DNA from: Nemertoderma westbladi
Lineage: Eukaryota > Animalia > Xenacoelomorpha
Reading direction: 5' to 3'
Assembly (NCBI GenBank): GCA_032718475.1
Contig: JAUCBJ010002510.1
Location: forward strand, 1 to 64,000
Length of the DNA: 64,000 nt
Below are positions 51,943-64,000 of the stretch, piece by piece. Below the pieces are notes generated by a model. The model was not told the DNA's origin and made no database searches. It was given only the letters and a program-made list of their open reading frames with translations. Position numbers and translations under genes: made by a program. The first letter of the stretch is position 1; each line of letters starts with the position of its first letter.

Positions 51943-52819
51943 TTAATTATATGCATATCATTTTAATACTTTTAACTGTTAATTATAATACCCATTAATT
52001 ATTTTAAATAGGACTACTATTTAACCTCCAATCGCTATTATACATAGATTATCGCCTGTCCCAGAATGTGATATACAGTTATACATATAGAACAATAAAT
52101 TAGTAGAATATAAATTGACATCAGTAGTTAAGTTATACAAGGTTTATTTGCAGAAGCTTCTGTATACTGTTCATCATACTAATATATAGTATAAAAAACT
52201 ACGATTATTTTGAACATACAGCACTAAATTAATGCGGGATATTGTTTGTCTTACTGTAATTTTGTGCTATTCTTTCTCCCTTCGCGTTCAAGAGCAAGAC
52301 GTTCCGACGTTCGAACATATGTGATAAACAAGATATCAGATATCACCTGTTCTAGAATTGCTACCGGTATGCGAAATACCAGTGCTAGTTCACAGTCCTC
52401 CAATCGTTAATATTGTCTTTATTGTTGCAAAATTAAATCAATTACTTTATTAAGTTATTCTACTATTTTTAAATATATGTCATCCTCATCATCACTTCTT
52501 ACAAAGCAAATATAAACCAAACATAATTTTAAGAATAAGTTGTTCAATATATTTGTTTTGAAGTTTTTACGTTACTAGAACATTAATTGTTACATAGTAG
52601 GAACTCTGATCCACCTATTCTAAAGTAGTCAAGATAGACATATTGTTTATGTAATTTTGTAATAAAGGTAAATTAAATAGCCTTTTCATAAAAGATATTT
52701 CATTAAGACTTAACAACACTTAGTGTTGTTTGTATGTTATTGTGAAATAAGTCTAATTTTAATGAATAATTATTATCATATAATAAAACAACTTGGCCTT
52801 TTCGTTCAGTTGCAGTCAT

Positions 52820-52892
52820 GGGCCGAAACGTCCGGACCGAAATCGTCCGGGCCGAAACGTCCTGGACCGAAACGTCCTAGGCCGAAACGTCT
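52820..52892. repeat. (GG(A/G)CCGAAACGTCC)-type 15-bp tandem repeats, probably a DNA transposon end
   Basis: Five copies are visible. Confidence 0.6.
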
Positions 52893-53659
52893 GTATACCA
52901 TTTTAACATTATTACCATCCCAGCATACTTATTGCTGTAGCCTCTTTCTAGCCTAAACCAAACCCAGCCAATCAAAGCCATCCAACTCTTCCTTCCCTCT
53001 TTGCAATGTAGTTAGCAGCCCGCCAACTGGGTGATTGACAGCTTAAACAAGGTGCCACTTCCTCAGAAAGCGGCACACATCAATAGAATTACAGGAAAAC
53101 AATTAAAATGTGCCTGGATTGAAAATTATACAAGAATTTTCATTAATAGAAAGTACCTTCCCGCGTTAAATTTTAATGCGGTTTTAATGAGCTATTATTT
53201 ATTCAGTTCTTGTTGGGAGAACCATGTGAACGTCCATCTAAATTTGTATAAAATTTCGGATAATAATTTATCAATTTAACAATCGCATTTTTTGAAATTG
53301 TTCTGCTCTACTAGAAAATAGACATGTTGAACATGTAATTATTACACTTCTTATGCATTTTTGAACGAATTTACAAGAATGCGAGGTGGGGTTCAAGTCT
53401 CCCACCCTAGGTGTCAAGTCTCCCTTCATTGAGGGAGACTTGACGCTTTTTCGAAAATACGAATAATTGGTTTAATTAAAAAAGTTTAAGCGTTGAAATT
53501 CTCAAACTCTCACATAATGATAGCAATCATAAATGTAATGTGAAAAAGTTAAAACGGCATTGAAAATTCATTTATCTCTTCTTTAGAGCGATTATAACTT
53601 TTGGGGTTCAAGTCTCCCTCACTCACCCTAGGGTTAAATGCCACACAGTCTTAAATGGT

Positions 53660-54180
53660 CTAAATAGGGACCCCACTGCGCAGACACCCAAGGATGTTAT
53701 CTCTAAATTAACAGACATTGAACAACAGCTAATTAAACGGAATATCACAATAACAAGATTGGGAAAAGAAGGGAGACCTGTTCCAATTCAAATCACACCA
53801 CGAGTATGAATTCTGTGTTGTCATATGTCTTCAATTGGCTGAGCCGGCATTTAGGGCACTCACCCATGATACACCAACAAATTTACAGACTCCACGACAA
53901 TGTCATTGAAATCAGCAAAATATCGAAAGTCATGCTCGCCATTAGTAAAGGCAAACCAAACAAATCCGCTGGTATAAAGGTGACAGAAATTTAATTACAA
54001 GATGTTTTGACCGATATAGAGGATGAAGACGAACAGGTGCTAAATGGAGAAGAGATACCTGATGAAACTGGAGATGTTCCTAATATAGCTCAAAGTACGG
54101 ATCACGAGGAAGATGGAAAGATAAACGTAGTTGAATATTATGTCCTAAACGAATTGGAGAGGGATGTTGGTAATAAATAC
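53660..54180 (+). pseudogene. Internally deleted tyrosine-recombinase-like ORF remnant
   Basis: RLGKEGRPVPIQIT followed by WLSRHLGHSPMIHQQIYRLHDNVIEISKISKVM (LGH...Y catalytic box pattern) and an acidic tail. Confidence 0.6.
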
Positions 54181-54969
54181 TAACATAATTGGTGCACTGT
54201 CAGAAAGATTGTATCAAATAAGATAATAGAAATTGATAGAACATTTAAGTAGAAAATATTTGAACCTAATACAACACGATCTCAGTCAGTAGCAATTGCT
54301 TATTGATAAATTTAAAACCAGACAAAAATTTACTTCAGTTCAAAAATATTACAATTTTGGAGCCCATAATTGACCTTGTCTTGCATAGCATACCTTTGAA
54401 AATAATATAATATAATTTCGCACAATGCGAATCTTACAATGCTATTAAGGATAACGTTTAGTATTGCTTTTGATTTTGAATTAGATTCTAATCATCTGAT
54501 TTTTTTTATAAATAGGTTGGTGCTTCCAGTGGAGTCGGCAAAGAAAATATATCCCCCATGTTGTGTGATGGTTGTCAAAACGTGAAGTTGTCTAGGTGTA
54601 CGATACATGGACAATACATGGAAATTATTGTTTATTTAATTAATTGAATTGGACTAATTTTTAGGTTTGCGAGACACTTTATTAAAATAATTAATAGAAC
54701 ACATATAATTAGTGAAAAATATGCAAATTTGTCATTGTTCAATATTCCAAATACTCAACATTAAAATAATAATTAAGTTCAACATTAAAATATAGGACTG
54801 TATAGATTTGTTTTGGTGTTTATTTTAGTTTGTTCGTTTTTCGAACATCAGTCAGTAGGCCTACATTGCATGTGTGAGTAGGTTTATTAGATTTCTTATA
54901 ATAGAAGTTTAGAATATTAGGCTCATTCCAGTATTGGAAATTATATAGGCCTACAATGAATTATATTCA

Positions 54970-56040
54970 GACTCGGAAATTTTATAGCTTAAGTGAAGCG
55001 AGGGATATAATTATGGAGCGCAATGATGATATGGATGTGCGGATTGTCGTTATAGTTCCACCGGACAATATGGGAAATGTCACCGATGAGGATGAATTCG
55101 AGGAAAGCAACATTTAGCCATATGATGTACCAGGGCAAATCGAGGTTGATTTTGTCGAATTTGGAACTCTCAATGACTCAGGTAGTGAAGATGTTGATGA
55201 ACCACTAGTATCAACCTTTGAGCCCCCTACTAAAAAATCAAAAATCGATTATAGTAGTCGGGATTGTATTGGAGGTAAGGTGGGTCTACAACAGTGCCTA
55301 TTGGTCGAACTGCTGCGCAGTCTAGTACTAAGTCAACCAAGAAGCAAACTGTACCACATAGAGGTAAGTTGACGAATAAGACAATGCCAACAAAAGCCAC
55401 CATAAAGCCATTATGCAAACATAAAGACAATAAAACGAATAAGAACTGGATTAAAGATTCTGAGAATATTCATGATCCTATTACACAAATATGTCCAACT
55501 CCACTCCAGGAACGTCCAAGTGCTTTTAACTTAACAAGATAAAAATCCATATGAATTATTCGGTTTGTATTATACACCAGAAATAAACCGTTTCATTGTC
55601 ACTGAAACTTACCGCTTTGCAGCTCAAAAAAATCTGCATAACTTAAATGTTTCCGAGCACGAGATGACTCGATTTAGTGGTATTCATGTACTCTCAGGGT
55701 ACCATACTTTACCAAATCAGCGTATTTATTGGAGTCATGATGAAGATGTTTCTGTACCTATTGTACAAAATGCCATGTCCCGCAATCGATTTATGGAAAT
55801 AAAGCGTCACTTACATTTAGCAAACAATGAAAGCATCGACTTAAATGATACGTTCGCAAAGATTCGACCACTATACGACTCCTTGAATAACAAATTGCAA
55901 CAGTTTGGGATCTTTGATAACGATTTGAATATTGATGAGCAAATGATACCATATTTCGGGAAACATTCAGCTAAGATGTTTGTGAGAAATAAACCAGTAA
56001 AATTTGGATATAAGCTATGGGTGTTAGCTTCCAGTACTGG
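54970..56040 (+). pseudogene. piggyBac transposase (PGBD2/3-like), 5' half with stops and frameshifts
   Basis: IVPPD...VTDED...DVPGQIEV; IVTETYRFAAQKN, LSGYHTLP, YWS, MSRNRF, KIRPL, IDEQMIPYFGKH, NKPVKFGYKLW. Homology ends at ASSTG. Confidence 0.9.
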
Positions 56041-56554
56041 ATTATGGTGGTGCAAAACAGTCAGGAAGTCCACAAACGCCACTGGGATCTCGTGTTGTTT
56101 TAGAATTATTGTTAGTCTGCTCACCCTTTCTAGTCCATGGGCCAGTCAGCATAGGGGATACTTTTTGGTAACCACCCGGAACTTATATTTTTGGGAAGAC
56201 CTAGCTTCTGGCCATTCATTCTGATATGATAACAAATCTGAATCGGTAGCTGACTTGGTGTTATCACCGGTTGTCATGGAAATGGTAAAACAACAAACAT
56301 GCTGTAGTATTCTAATAACTCAATATAAATTCATCGCATCTTTTGAAAAAGATAGTTTGATATAGAGCACTTATATTATATAGAGTGGCGAGCGAAGCGA
56401 GCAGAGAAAAATTTTTCCACATTTTCGCTTATAACATATGTCCTGTAAATACTGTATCACAATCCCTGAATTTTCACTGATTTGTCGTGTTTTTTTTTAA
56501 AAATGACCTGACATTTTTCCTGACATTTCAGCGCCCCTCAATAAACATATTTAA

Positions 56555-58173
56555 GGGGAGATGAACACTTTTGGGGGGCCAAAAAATCGAAAATTTTTTT
56601 TTTGCGGAAATCAAGTCTTCTACAACTCCTGAAAACACTGTAAAAATTTTAAAGTAAAATATTGATCTGAACATATAAAATTTGGCAATTAAAAATGCAA
56701 TGTCTGTTAGACAATGGCCTCTAAATTGGGGATTTTTTTCGAAAAGTACGTTTAAACTAAACAATATGTGAACGCTGTTGTTACTGCACTTTGACAGAAG
56801 TGTAGAGGCACCTATAATACAGGAGGGAAATTTAAACTCCGATTGGCATAGTATTAGAAGAATGATTGCACTACTACTGTTTGATTGCACTGTACTGTAA
56901 TAGTGGTATTTTATAATTAGATAATAATCAGAGAGTCATTCAGATGGTTTCATGTTCAGTCTATTCACTTTTCAATCAGTTTTTATGAGAGATTAGGCCT
57001 ACTCAACTATTCCCGTGCTGCAGTGTCTGGCAATTAATTTTTCCGGCAGCAAGACTGGTCGGTAACGGTAACGTACCTGTACCATTACTATAGTACCAAT
57101 TACAGTTAGCAGTTAGTAAATTCAACGTCAAAAGGTCAGTTAGTCAATTATCATACAAATTGGAGATTTTTACTGTTTATTATTTGATACTGTACCTGGA
57201 AATGCCTCGGAGCAAACCCTTTGGTAAAAGGAGGGGTACCTTCCCTCCAGCTAATAGGCCTACTTCCAAACTGCCAACCCAGAAGAGTGCTTCGAATAAG
57301 AAACTCTCGAGTAATGGTACGCCTAAACTACCAGTATCTTCTCCAACCGAAACTTCGCACCAATTCCATGTTATCGACATGGACCTGGTCAATGACGCTT
57401 TGGCTTCATCTGTGTTGTGTAACTGGTGCAATAGTTCCTCGGTTCAACTAACCGTCAATAGCTCCTACGGGATTGCAATGAACTTCTTGATAACTTGCCA
57501 AAATGAAAACTGTTAAGCCAATCCTGGAACATTTTGGTCTTCCGCTAGAGGAAATACAAGACTGTTCGAATCAAATATTCGTTATGTCTATGGTTTGCAG
57601 TGTGTTGGATTGGGTCGTGAACAGGGGAGATTGCTTTTGGCTATAATGAATATACCTCCTCCACCTCAAATATTTGGTCGATATACATCGGTGATCAACA
57701 CAACTATTAAATCAGTGGTGAAGGAGTCGATGGTTAGAGCTACAATGGAGGCAATTGAGACTAATACTTTGGAACCAAAGGAACATCTGGCCGTGAGTTT
57801 AGATGGTTCCTGGCAGAAACGGGGCCACACTTCTCTCAATGCTGTAGTAACTTGCATTAGTGTTGATACTGGAAAAGCCCTGGATGTGGAAGTCGTTTCG
57901 AAATACTGTGCTGGGTGTAGAAGTCCCTCTGTAGAGAACCAACTTGAACATGAACCTCGCTGTGTCAAAAATTTTGAGGGAACCAGCGGCGCTATGGAGG
58001 CAGCAGGTGCGACGGCAATCTTTTCTCGTTCTGAATTGGAACGGGGAGTGAAGTACTCCCACTACCTCGGCGATGGAGACTCTAGTAGTTTTCGGAAAGT
58101 GGCAGACTCAGATCCTTACAAGGGTGAGCCTGAAATAGCCAAGCTTGAGTGTGTTGGCCATGTCCAGAAGCGG
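56555..58173 (+). mobile_element. Kolobok-type DNA transposon: 5' end plus truncated transposase (ATG 57202, premature TAA 57514-57516)
   Basis: TTAA/GGGGAG terminus; motifs CNWC...CQNENC, LDGSWQKRGHTS, SKYCAGC, NFEGTSGAME, YLGDGDS, KLECVGHVQKR. Confidence 0.82.
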
Positions 58174-58277
58174 ACATGGCTGCTTGCGCTTGTATGTTCA
58201 CTCATCTGACTATATATTTGATATTATACACCCGACATTATTCCGGCTCTATCATGTATAGACATGACATCCATACA

Positions 58278-58708
58278 TTCTCCCCCAAACAAACCCTTTT
58301 AGAACAGTGCGAATAGCTAGTCAGTTATTTAGAACATATAACAATGATAACATCCCTAGGGTTAAATTAACCCCAAAAAATCCATGCCCCATTTTTTTCT
58401 TCTCTCCCCCAAACAAAACCCTTTTAGAACAGTATGGATAGCTAATCAGTTATTCTAGAACGTATAACAATAATAACATCCCTAGGGTTAAATTAACCCC
58501 AAAAAATCAATGCCCCATTTTTTTAATCTCTCCCCCAAACAAAACCCTTTTAGAACAGTGTGGATAGCTAGTCAGTTATTCTAGAACATATAACAATAAT
58601 AACATCCCTAGGGTTAAATTAACCCCAAAAAATCCATGCCCCATTTTTTTATTCTCTCCTTCAAACAAAACCCTTTTAGAACAGTGTGGATAGTTAGTCA
58701 GTTATTCC
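58278..58708. repeat. Tandem repeat, about 125-bp unit x 3.5
   Basis: TCTCCCCCAAACAAAACCCTTTTAGAACAGT...CCCTAGGGTTAAATTAACCCC is repeated. Confidence 0.9.
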
Positions 58709-59815
58709 AAAACAAAATTATGAACAAAATTAATGGGTAACAACAGATTTATTACCAGGGTTTTTTGTTATCTTACCAGTTATATTACCCTTGGAGTAAA
58801 GATAAATGCGTATATCTTTACTCCGCGGGTAATATAACTGGTAAGATAACAAAAAAACCTGGTAATAAATATAGTTGCTTTCTTTCCCTAACGTATATGC
58901 CCTAGAGTGGTAGAACAGGCAGAGCAAAATTATAGAAACAAAAATCTTATTTTTGTAAAACAATAACAATCGAAAGATCTGTTTTAATTTTCCAACACAG
59001 AAATGCATATATGTCAAAACCATGGCATAAAAAATTTCACCACAATCTATCTATCCAAAACCACTTGAACTCGAAAAGTAAGATAAGATAAGGATTAGCT
59101 AGTTTCAGATTCAGATGCGGGATCAAATTTGAGTCTAGAATCGGCAAAGAAAAAATTCAGTTTTTGTAACTTGGCAGCGCCAATCCCGCCGAATATTATT
59201 AATTACCAGTGCTGTATGTAGAGATATGAGCTTCTGATTCTGTTATTCCATTTGTCTGATAATCAGATACATGACATATACCGATACTTGCCTAACAACT
59301 CAACCCTACCGGATCTGAAATGAAAAATCATTGTTATCAGGACTGATATGCATAGCACCTACATGTAGTTCAAAATACCTATACATAGTTTAAAAACACC
59401 TAGGCATAGTTGTTAAAAAGGCAGTAAGTCTGGCCCTACCGGTAAATTACAGGAATGGAAGTTACAAACTACGCGTAGCTATGTGTAGGCCTATGCGCAG
59501 GTCGAAAAGATTTACCCTATAATAGTAATGATACTGTGCAGATAATGACACACAACTGCTAAAATGTGAGATAAGGGGAGAGGGGGGTGAGCCCTGGACG
59601 CACTTCTCATCTCGGCGCATCAATATTTCGTATCAATGTTAAATTATCAAGTTAGGAAAAGGAGCAGGTACGTAAAGTGCATGTTATTCCAACCAAAAAC
59701 AATAAACAAAAGTCAATATAACAGGTTACAGTTCTATTTTTAGGAATAATCAGCTGTTCTTTGCAACGATTTTCCCCTGGAGATGGATGCATTTTGTTTG
59801 CATCGAAAGGTTATT

Positions 59816-61191
59816 TTACATGCCTAACTCTGAGCGAATTGTCGATACTTTAGAGGATTGTTGCATCGGTCGCACACCATAAATGTGATCCAGGAGCAAC
59901 CATGCCTGAATACTCGCTTTCTGATACTCAAGATTGCAAACATGCAACAGCTGAAAGGCAAAGTCTATTGCCTGAATCACATTAGGGCGGACAAACCGAT
60001 GTTCATTGAAGATAACCACACCCTGCCTACTATCCTGCAGGAAAACAACAAACGGGTTGGAATCTTCTTAATTATATAGTCATCCACCATTACGTTCGTC
60101 AAGGTATTTATAGTCCTTAACAGAAGGCCTCCATACCTTCCAAAGGGCACCTTTTGGAAGGTGCACAGATACCTTGTTGCACGACCAAGATGTTATTTCT
60201 ATAAGGGCCTTCATTAGAATAGCTTCATTAGAGTCAGATGGTGGTGGTATTTTAAGAATGGAAGCAGCTATGTTAAGAAAATTATCCTCAAATAAAGCAT
60301 TTGGGTTGACCATATCCCATTTACTTATCAATACGAGTGTATTAAAATCTACATTAAGGCCATCATAAATAACGTTGTTATCAATGAGATAACATGGCAA
60401 GTCTGAAAACAGTAATTCGTTGTGGTGACTGTAAATTGACGATTTGCCATGGTGTTCCTTTGTGTAACTGAGATGATTCAGGCTAGACTCACATTCTAAC
60501 TTGAGTTCCTTCAAATCACAGTCTTATAATAGTGAAGTTAGTGGTATTTGCCACTAGCAGATGGCTTTCACACTGAGCTGGCTACTGCTTTCATTCCCTT
60601 TTTGACTGTAAGCCAACAGTGGTAGAGTTTACCCGATGAAACAACAGTTTCATACATATTTCCAGATGTCTTACATATCTTCTTAAAAGTTACCTTCTTG
60701 AAGAAATAGGTATCAGCATGTTCAAATAGAAATGAATTACTGATGTTTAAAGCCGCAGTATTTAATATAATATGTGAAACACCATCTGCTTCAGCCAGAC
60801 TAGATGATGAAGTTAGTCCAAAAATGACAAGACTTACAAGAGCATTTCGTTGACTTTCTCCAAGTCGCACGTTTCTCGCTGACCTCTTGTGAACAATTAA
60901 GGAATTGTTCAAAATTGAATGATATTGCAGGCATGGCTCAAATTTTGCGTTTAGGGGTAGTTGTTGGTGATATTATGATAGTAATGGTGTTGTTATTTGT
61001 GGTTGGTTGCAATGGTCAAGTACAATAACTGAATGTGAACGTGTTGATGATATGGAAGTTGAAGGAGGTATTGTTATATCCGATGACAATATATCTGTTG
61101 TAATGGCCACTTCGATTTCTGTGGTTTCTATATTCAGTACCTCATATTGCGTCGTAGGTGGGCAGTTACAGAATGTGCACAACTGTATCAT
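59816..61191 (-). pseudogene. Degenerate SAMD3-like transposon accessory ORF
   Basis: Collinear fragments: QRNALVSLVI...EHADTYF...SGKLY; WRPSVKD; C-terminal AIDFAFQLLHVCNLEYQK...WLLLDHIYG. Confidence 0.55.
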
Positions 61192-61214
61192 AGATATATC
61201 CTAACGTACTCCTA

Positions 61215-61335
61215 GCAAAGCTATAAAATATCTACAAGTTTTAGAATCATACTCCTTTGAACAATTAATTAAAGTGCCTACAAGAATAACCTCCCATTCC
61301 AAAACTCTACTTGATCACATTTCAACAAATTTACG
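61215..61335 (+). pseudogene. LINE apurinic-endonuclease C-terminal fragment
   Basis: YSFEQLIKVPTRITSHSKTLLDHISTN. Confidence 0.7.
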
Positions 61336-61976
61336 AAATAAATAATTCAAAAATACTCATGTTTTTTTAACCCACCTGAAACCCGTTATACTTCAGTACT
61401 TACAACTATTCTAAATTTAACAAATAAATTTAGCTCGATGTACTGTACAGTCCACCACACAGCTGCATTGATACATGGATAGAGCAGCAATGTAAATGCA
61501 TGGCTTCCATGGACCTGTAACAAATTGAAGAAATTTTACACTTTTTTAAATTTTTCTTTGAAATTCAAGGAAAAAATTTTGATAAAACCAAAAATTACAA
61601 AATTTTCAGCCACCATACAGCATACAGGTACAGCATACAGGTAGAGTCCCAATCCCAATAAGCATTAACTTGTTCATTTTGGCGGCCAAAATGACCAAAC
61701 AAATGTAGTGTCCCTATGGGCTATTTTGGTCATTTTGGCAAAGCGATTTAACTCGACTCAGCTAAGTCCAGACTCTTCGTCTCCTTGGCCGTCCATTTGG
61801 TTGATCTGAGTAAATGTCGGCACGCTTTCATTTTTATTATTGACAGATTGTTAACTTACCCGGAGCTGAGCCTTGTAGTACTGGAGACCACCCACTGAGG
61901 CATTGATACAGCACACAGGCTATTAAGGGAGTTGAATGCGGCTTTGTTAAAGGAGGAGAATGTATAATAGTCTGAT

Positions 61977-62140
61977 TGTGTGTGTTAATTTAGATAATCC
62001 CTTCTCACCATATCCTTTGTGTGTAGCTTCAGTATAGCATCATTATGTAATGGCGGCATGTGTGTGTTAATTTAGATAATCCCTTCTCACCATATCCTTT
62101 GTGTGTAGCTTCAGTATAGCATCATTATGTAATGGCGGCA
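61977..62140. repeat. Perfect 82-bp tandem duplication
   Basis: TGTGTGTGTTAATTTAGATAATCCC...AATGGCGGCA occurs twice. Confidence 0.9.
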
Positions 62141-62918
62141 CTCTCCTGAAGAAGTGTTAGTTCTATAGTTCGAACGAGTTCGGTATACTGCTGAGATTCA
62201 CAATACTGTAGGCGGTGCAGCCTAATTCTAGTAGCTGGGTCTGAATTAGAGGGTGATGGGATAGTAACTGATTAATTACAATATTAGGCTCTGGCTCTGT
62301 GCTAACAGAGCCGATATGTTTAGGGATAAATGTTGGCAATTTGTAATCCATTGTAAAGTAAATTACCTTGTAATAATCAAGGTTTGTATCATTCAGTTAA
62401 TACTATTTCAGTTAAGAATAAATATTGAGATAGACATGACACGAGTTGTCCAGACACTGTTGTCGTGCTGCATAAAAGTTATGTTTAAATTAAATCAACA
62501 AAGCATAGTGCAGTGCCGTATAATAATTGCAATACAATTAAACAGAATTAAACCGAAGTAGTATTATTACAATAACAATAATTTACATACCGTATTTAAA
62601 ACTCGAATAAGCAGATACGGGGGGACTTTCGACGCAAATAACATACAATCAATTAACATACATAAGATATTAATTCGCCAAGATGTGTTTGCGTCCGATT
62701 TCCTGTCTCCGAATATGAGCCCGGGCGTTTACGTTTTTAAATTGCCGGGGGGGGAGGGGGGAATGGCAGAAAAAAATGATTGACTTACCAGAAATATTTT
62801 TAACAAGTTTCATCGTGAACAGCGACCTCGAAAATCCATATACCTTCAGAATTATCAAAGCAAACACAACATTTTTTTGTGTTCTAACCAATTACATATT
62901 AAAACTAGCCAGGCTAGA

Positions 62919-64000
62919 TGTTACTGCCAGCTAGGCAGTACTTATGAATTTGAACTTGGCACCTATATATATATATTAGAGCTAATTTAATCGTTGCTCT
63001 TTGTAGGATATTGTTTTTTGATGCATTCATGTGATTGCTGTGATACAGCTGTAGCTTTGCATTTTGGCTGATTTTGTTGTTACAATTAATAGTTTATTGG
63101 TTTGCCTATAATAGGTAAGCTACAGTAACATTAGTACGATCATTCAAATTCGTTTATTAGTTTTTTACTCAGTCAGTTTTGTAGTTATATTGTTTTACTG
63201 TACAATTTGCTTGTACACGTTAAGTATTTATTAGCTGCAAATGTTTAGTTTTGCATTGTGTCAATTAGTTTTAAAGTTATACATAGCCATTCTAGTTATA
63301 TATTGTAGATTATGTAGTATCATTATTGATTATCTTGGATTTGAATATCTCGATATATTTGATGTGGAGACAAGGTATGTATTTAAACTTATTAGCAGAT
63401 CCGTATATATATTATATATAATGTTACTCGTACTACTAGTTCTATATTTAGATGAAAGCCTTAAATATATATAAGTATTAAAATATTTGTCATCGTATCT
63501 ATTCAGCCTATACATTTCAATCGTGGTTTATTTTCAGTTATTTTATATACAGTACAAATCATATGCTATAATTATTTGACTTGTAGTTTAGTATAACTCT
63601 GAACACTGATATCATTTGTTTGTTTTAGTTTCGACGTGGCAATATACCGAGATTTGTTAATACATGAAATATATGTATATATATATTGTCTCAGTCGTTA
63701 TTCTCCTAAACTTTAATATCCCTGCCTAAGTTAAAAGTTGATTTGCGGCAGTTCAAGTCGAAACTTGTTGTTACAACATTAAAAAGTCATCAAAAGGGAT
63801 AAAAAATAATATTTTAAACAAAATGGACAAATAGAAAACAATTAACATGGATTGGGATTCAGCACCCTTTAATAAAGAGAACCCTATAGGCAAAGAGGGA
63901 ACAAAATAGGCTAGAGTAGTACGTCCCAAACAGTTAACTGCAGAAGGAAAACAATATCGTCTAGGCTTAATCCACAATGAGCGAAACTCTGCAGCCAGAG
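62919..64000 (+). mobile_element. Probable 5' LTR (62919-63778) and gag start of a second BEL/Pao element
   Basis: TGTTAC...TTACAACA followed by TTAAAAAGTC; downstream RVVRPKQLTAEGKQYRL resembles the BEL gag N-terminal RxLTxKGxxY motif; one in-frame stop. Confidence 0.45.

Overview
AT-rich invertebrate (metazoan) genomic DNA with spliceosomal introns and dense transposon debris. (1) 1-10079, minus strand: a BEL/Pao LTR retrotransposon. Its gag-protease ORF is fused in frame to the C-terminal DUF5641-type tail, and RT, RNase H and the integrase core are deleted. In the env position it carries a second ORF, probably spliced, encoding a WRN/EXD-like DEDDy 3'-5' exonuclease. It also has two arrays of covarying RNA hairpins (intergenic 2292-2713; LTR 9409-9865) and an exact 27-nt copy of the exonuclease coding sequence at the tip of an LTR hairpin. 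A non-autonomous piggyBac sits inside the probable 5' LTR. This element is the best candidate for an undescribed system. (2) 11313-37587, plus strand: part of a host mucin-like gene, with eight near-identical calcium-binding EGF exon+intron units followed by one 21,777-bp phase-1 exon made of about 1,200 in-register 18-bp repeats, (G/E)(Q/E)TTTP. Its first and last exons were not recognised in the window. (3) 38-64 kb: relics of a Penelope-like element with an inverted arm, Helentron/HINE-like and foldback repeats, CACTA-associated SAMD3-like ORFs, CR1/L2-group LINEs, piggyBac, Kolobok, a tyrosine-recombinase-like remnant and the probable start of a second BEL/Pao element. All family calls come from motif recognition by eye; no searches were run.
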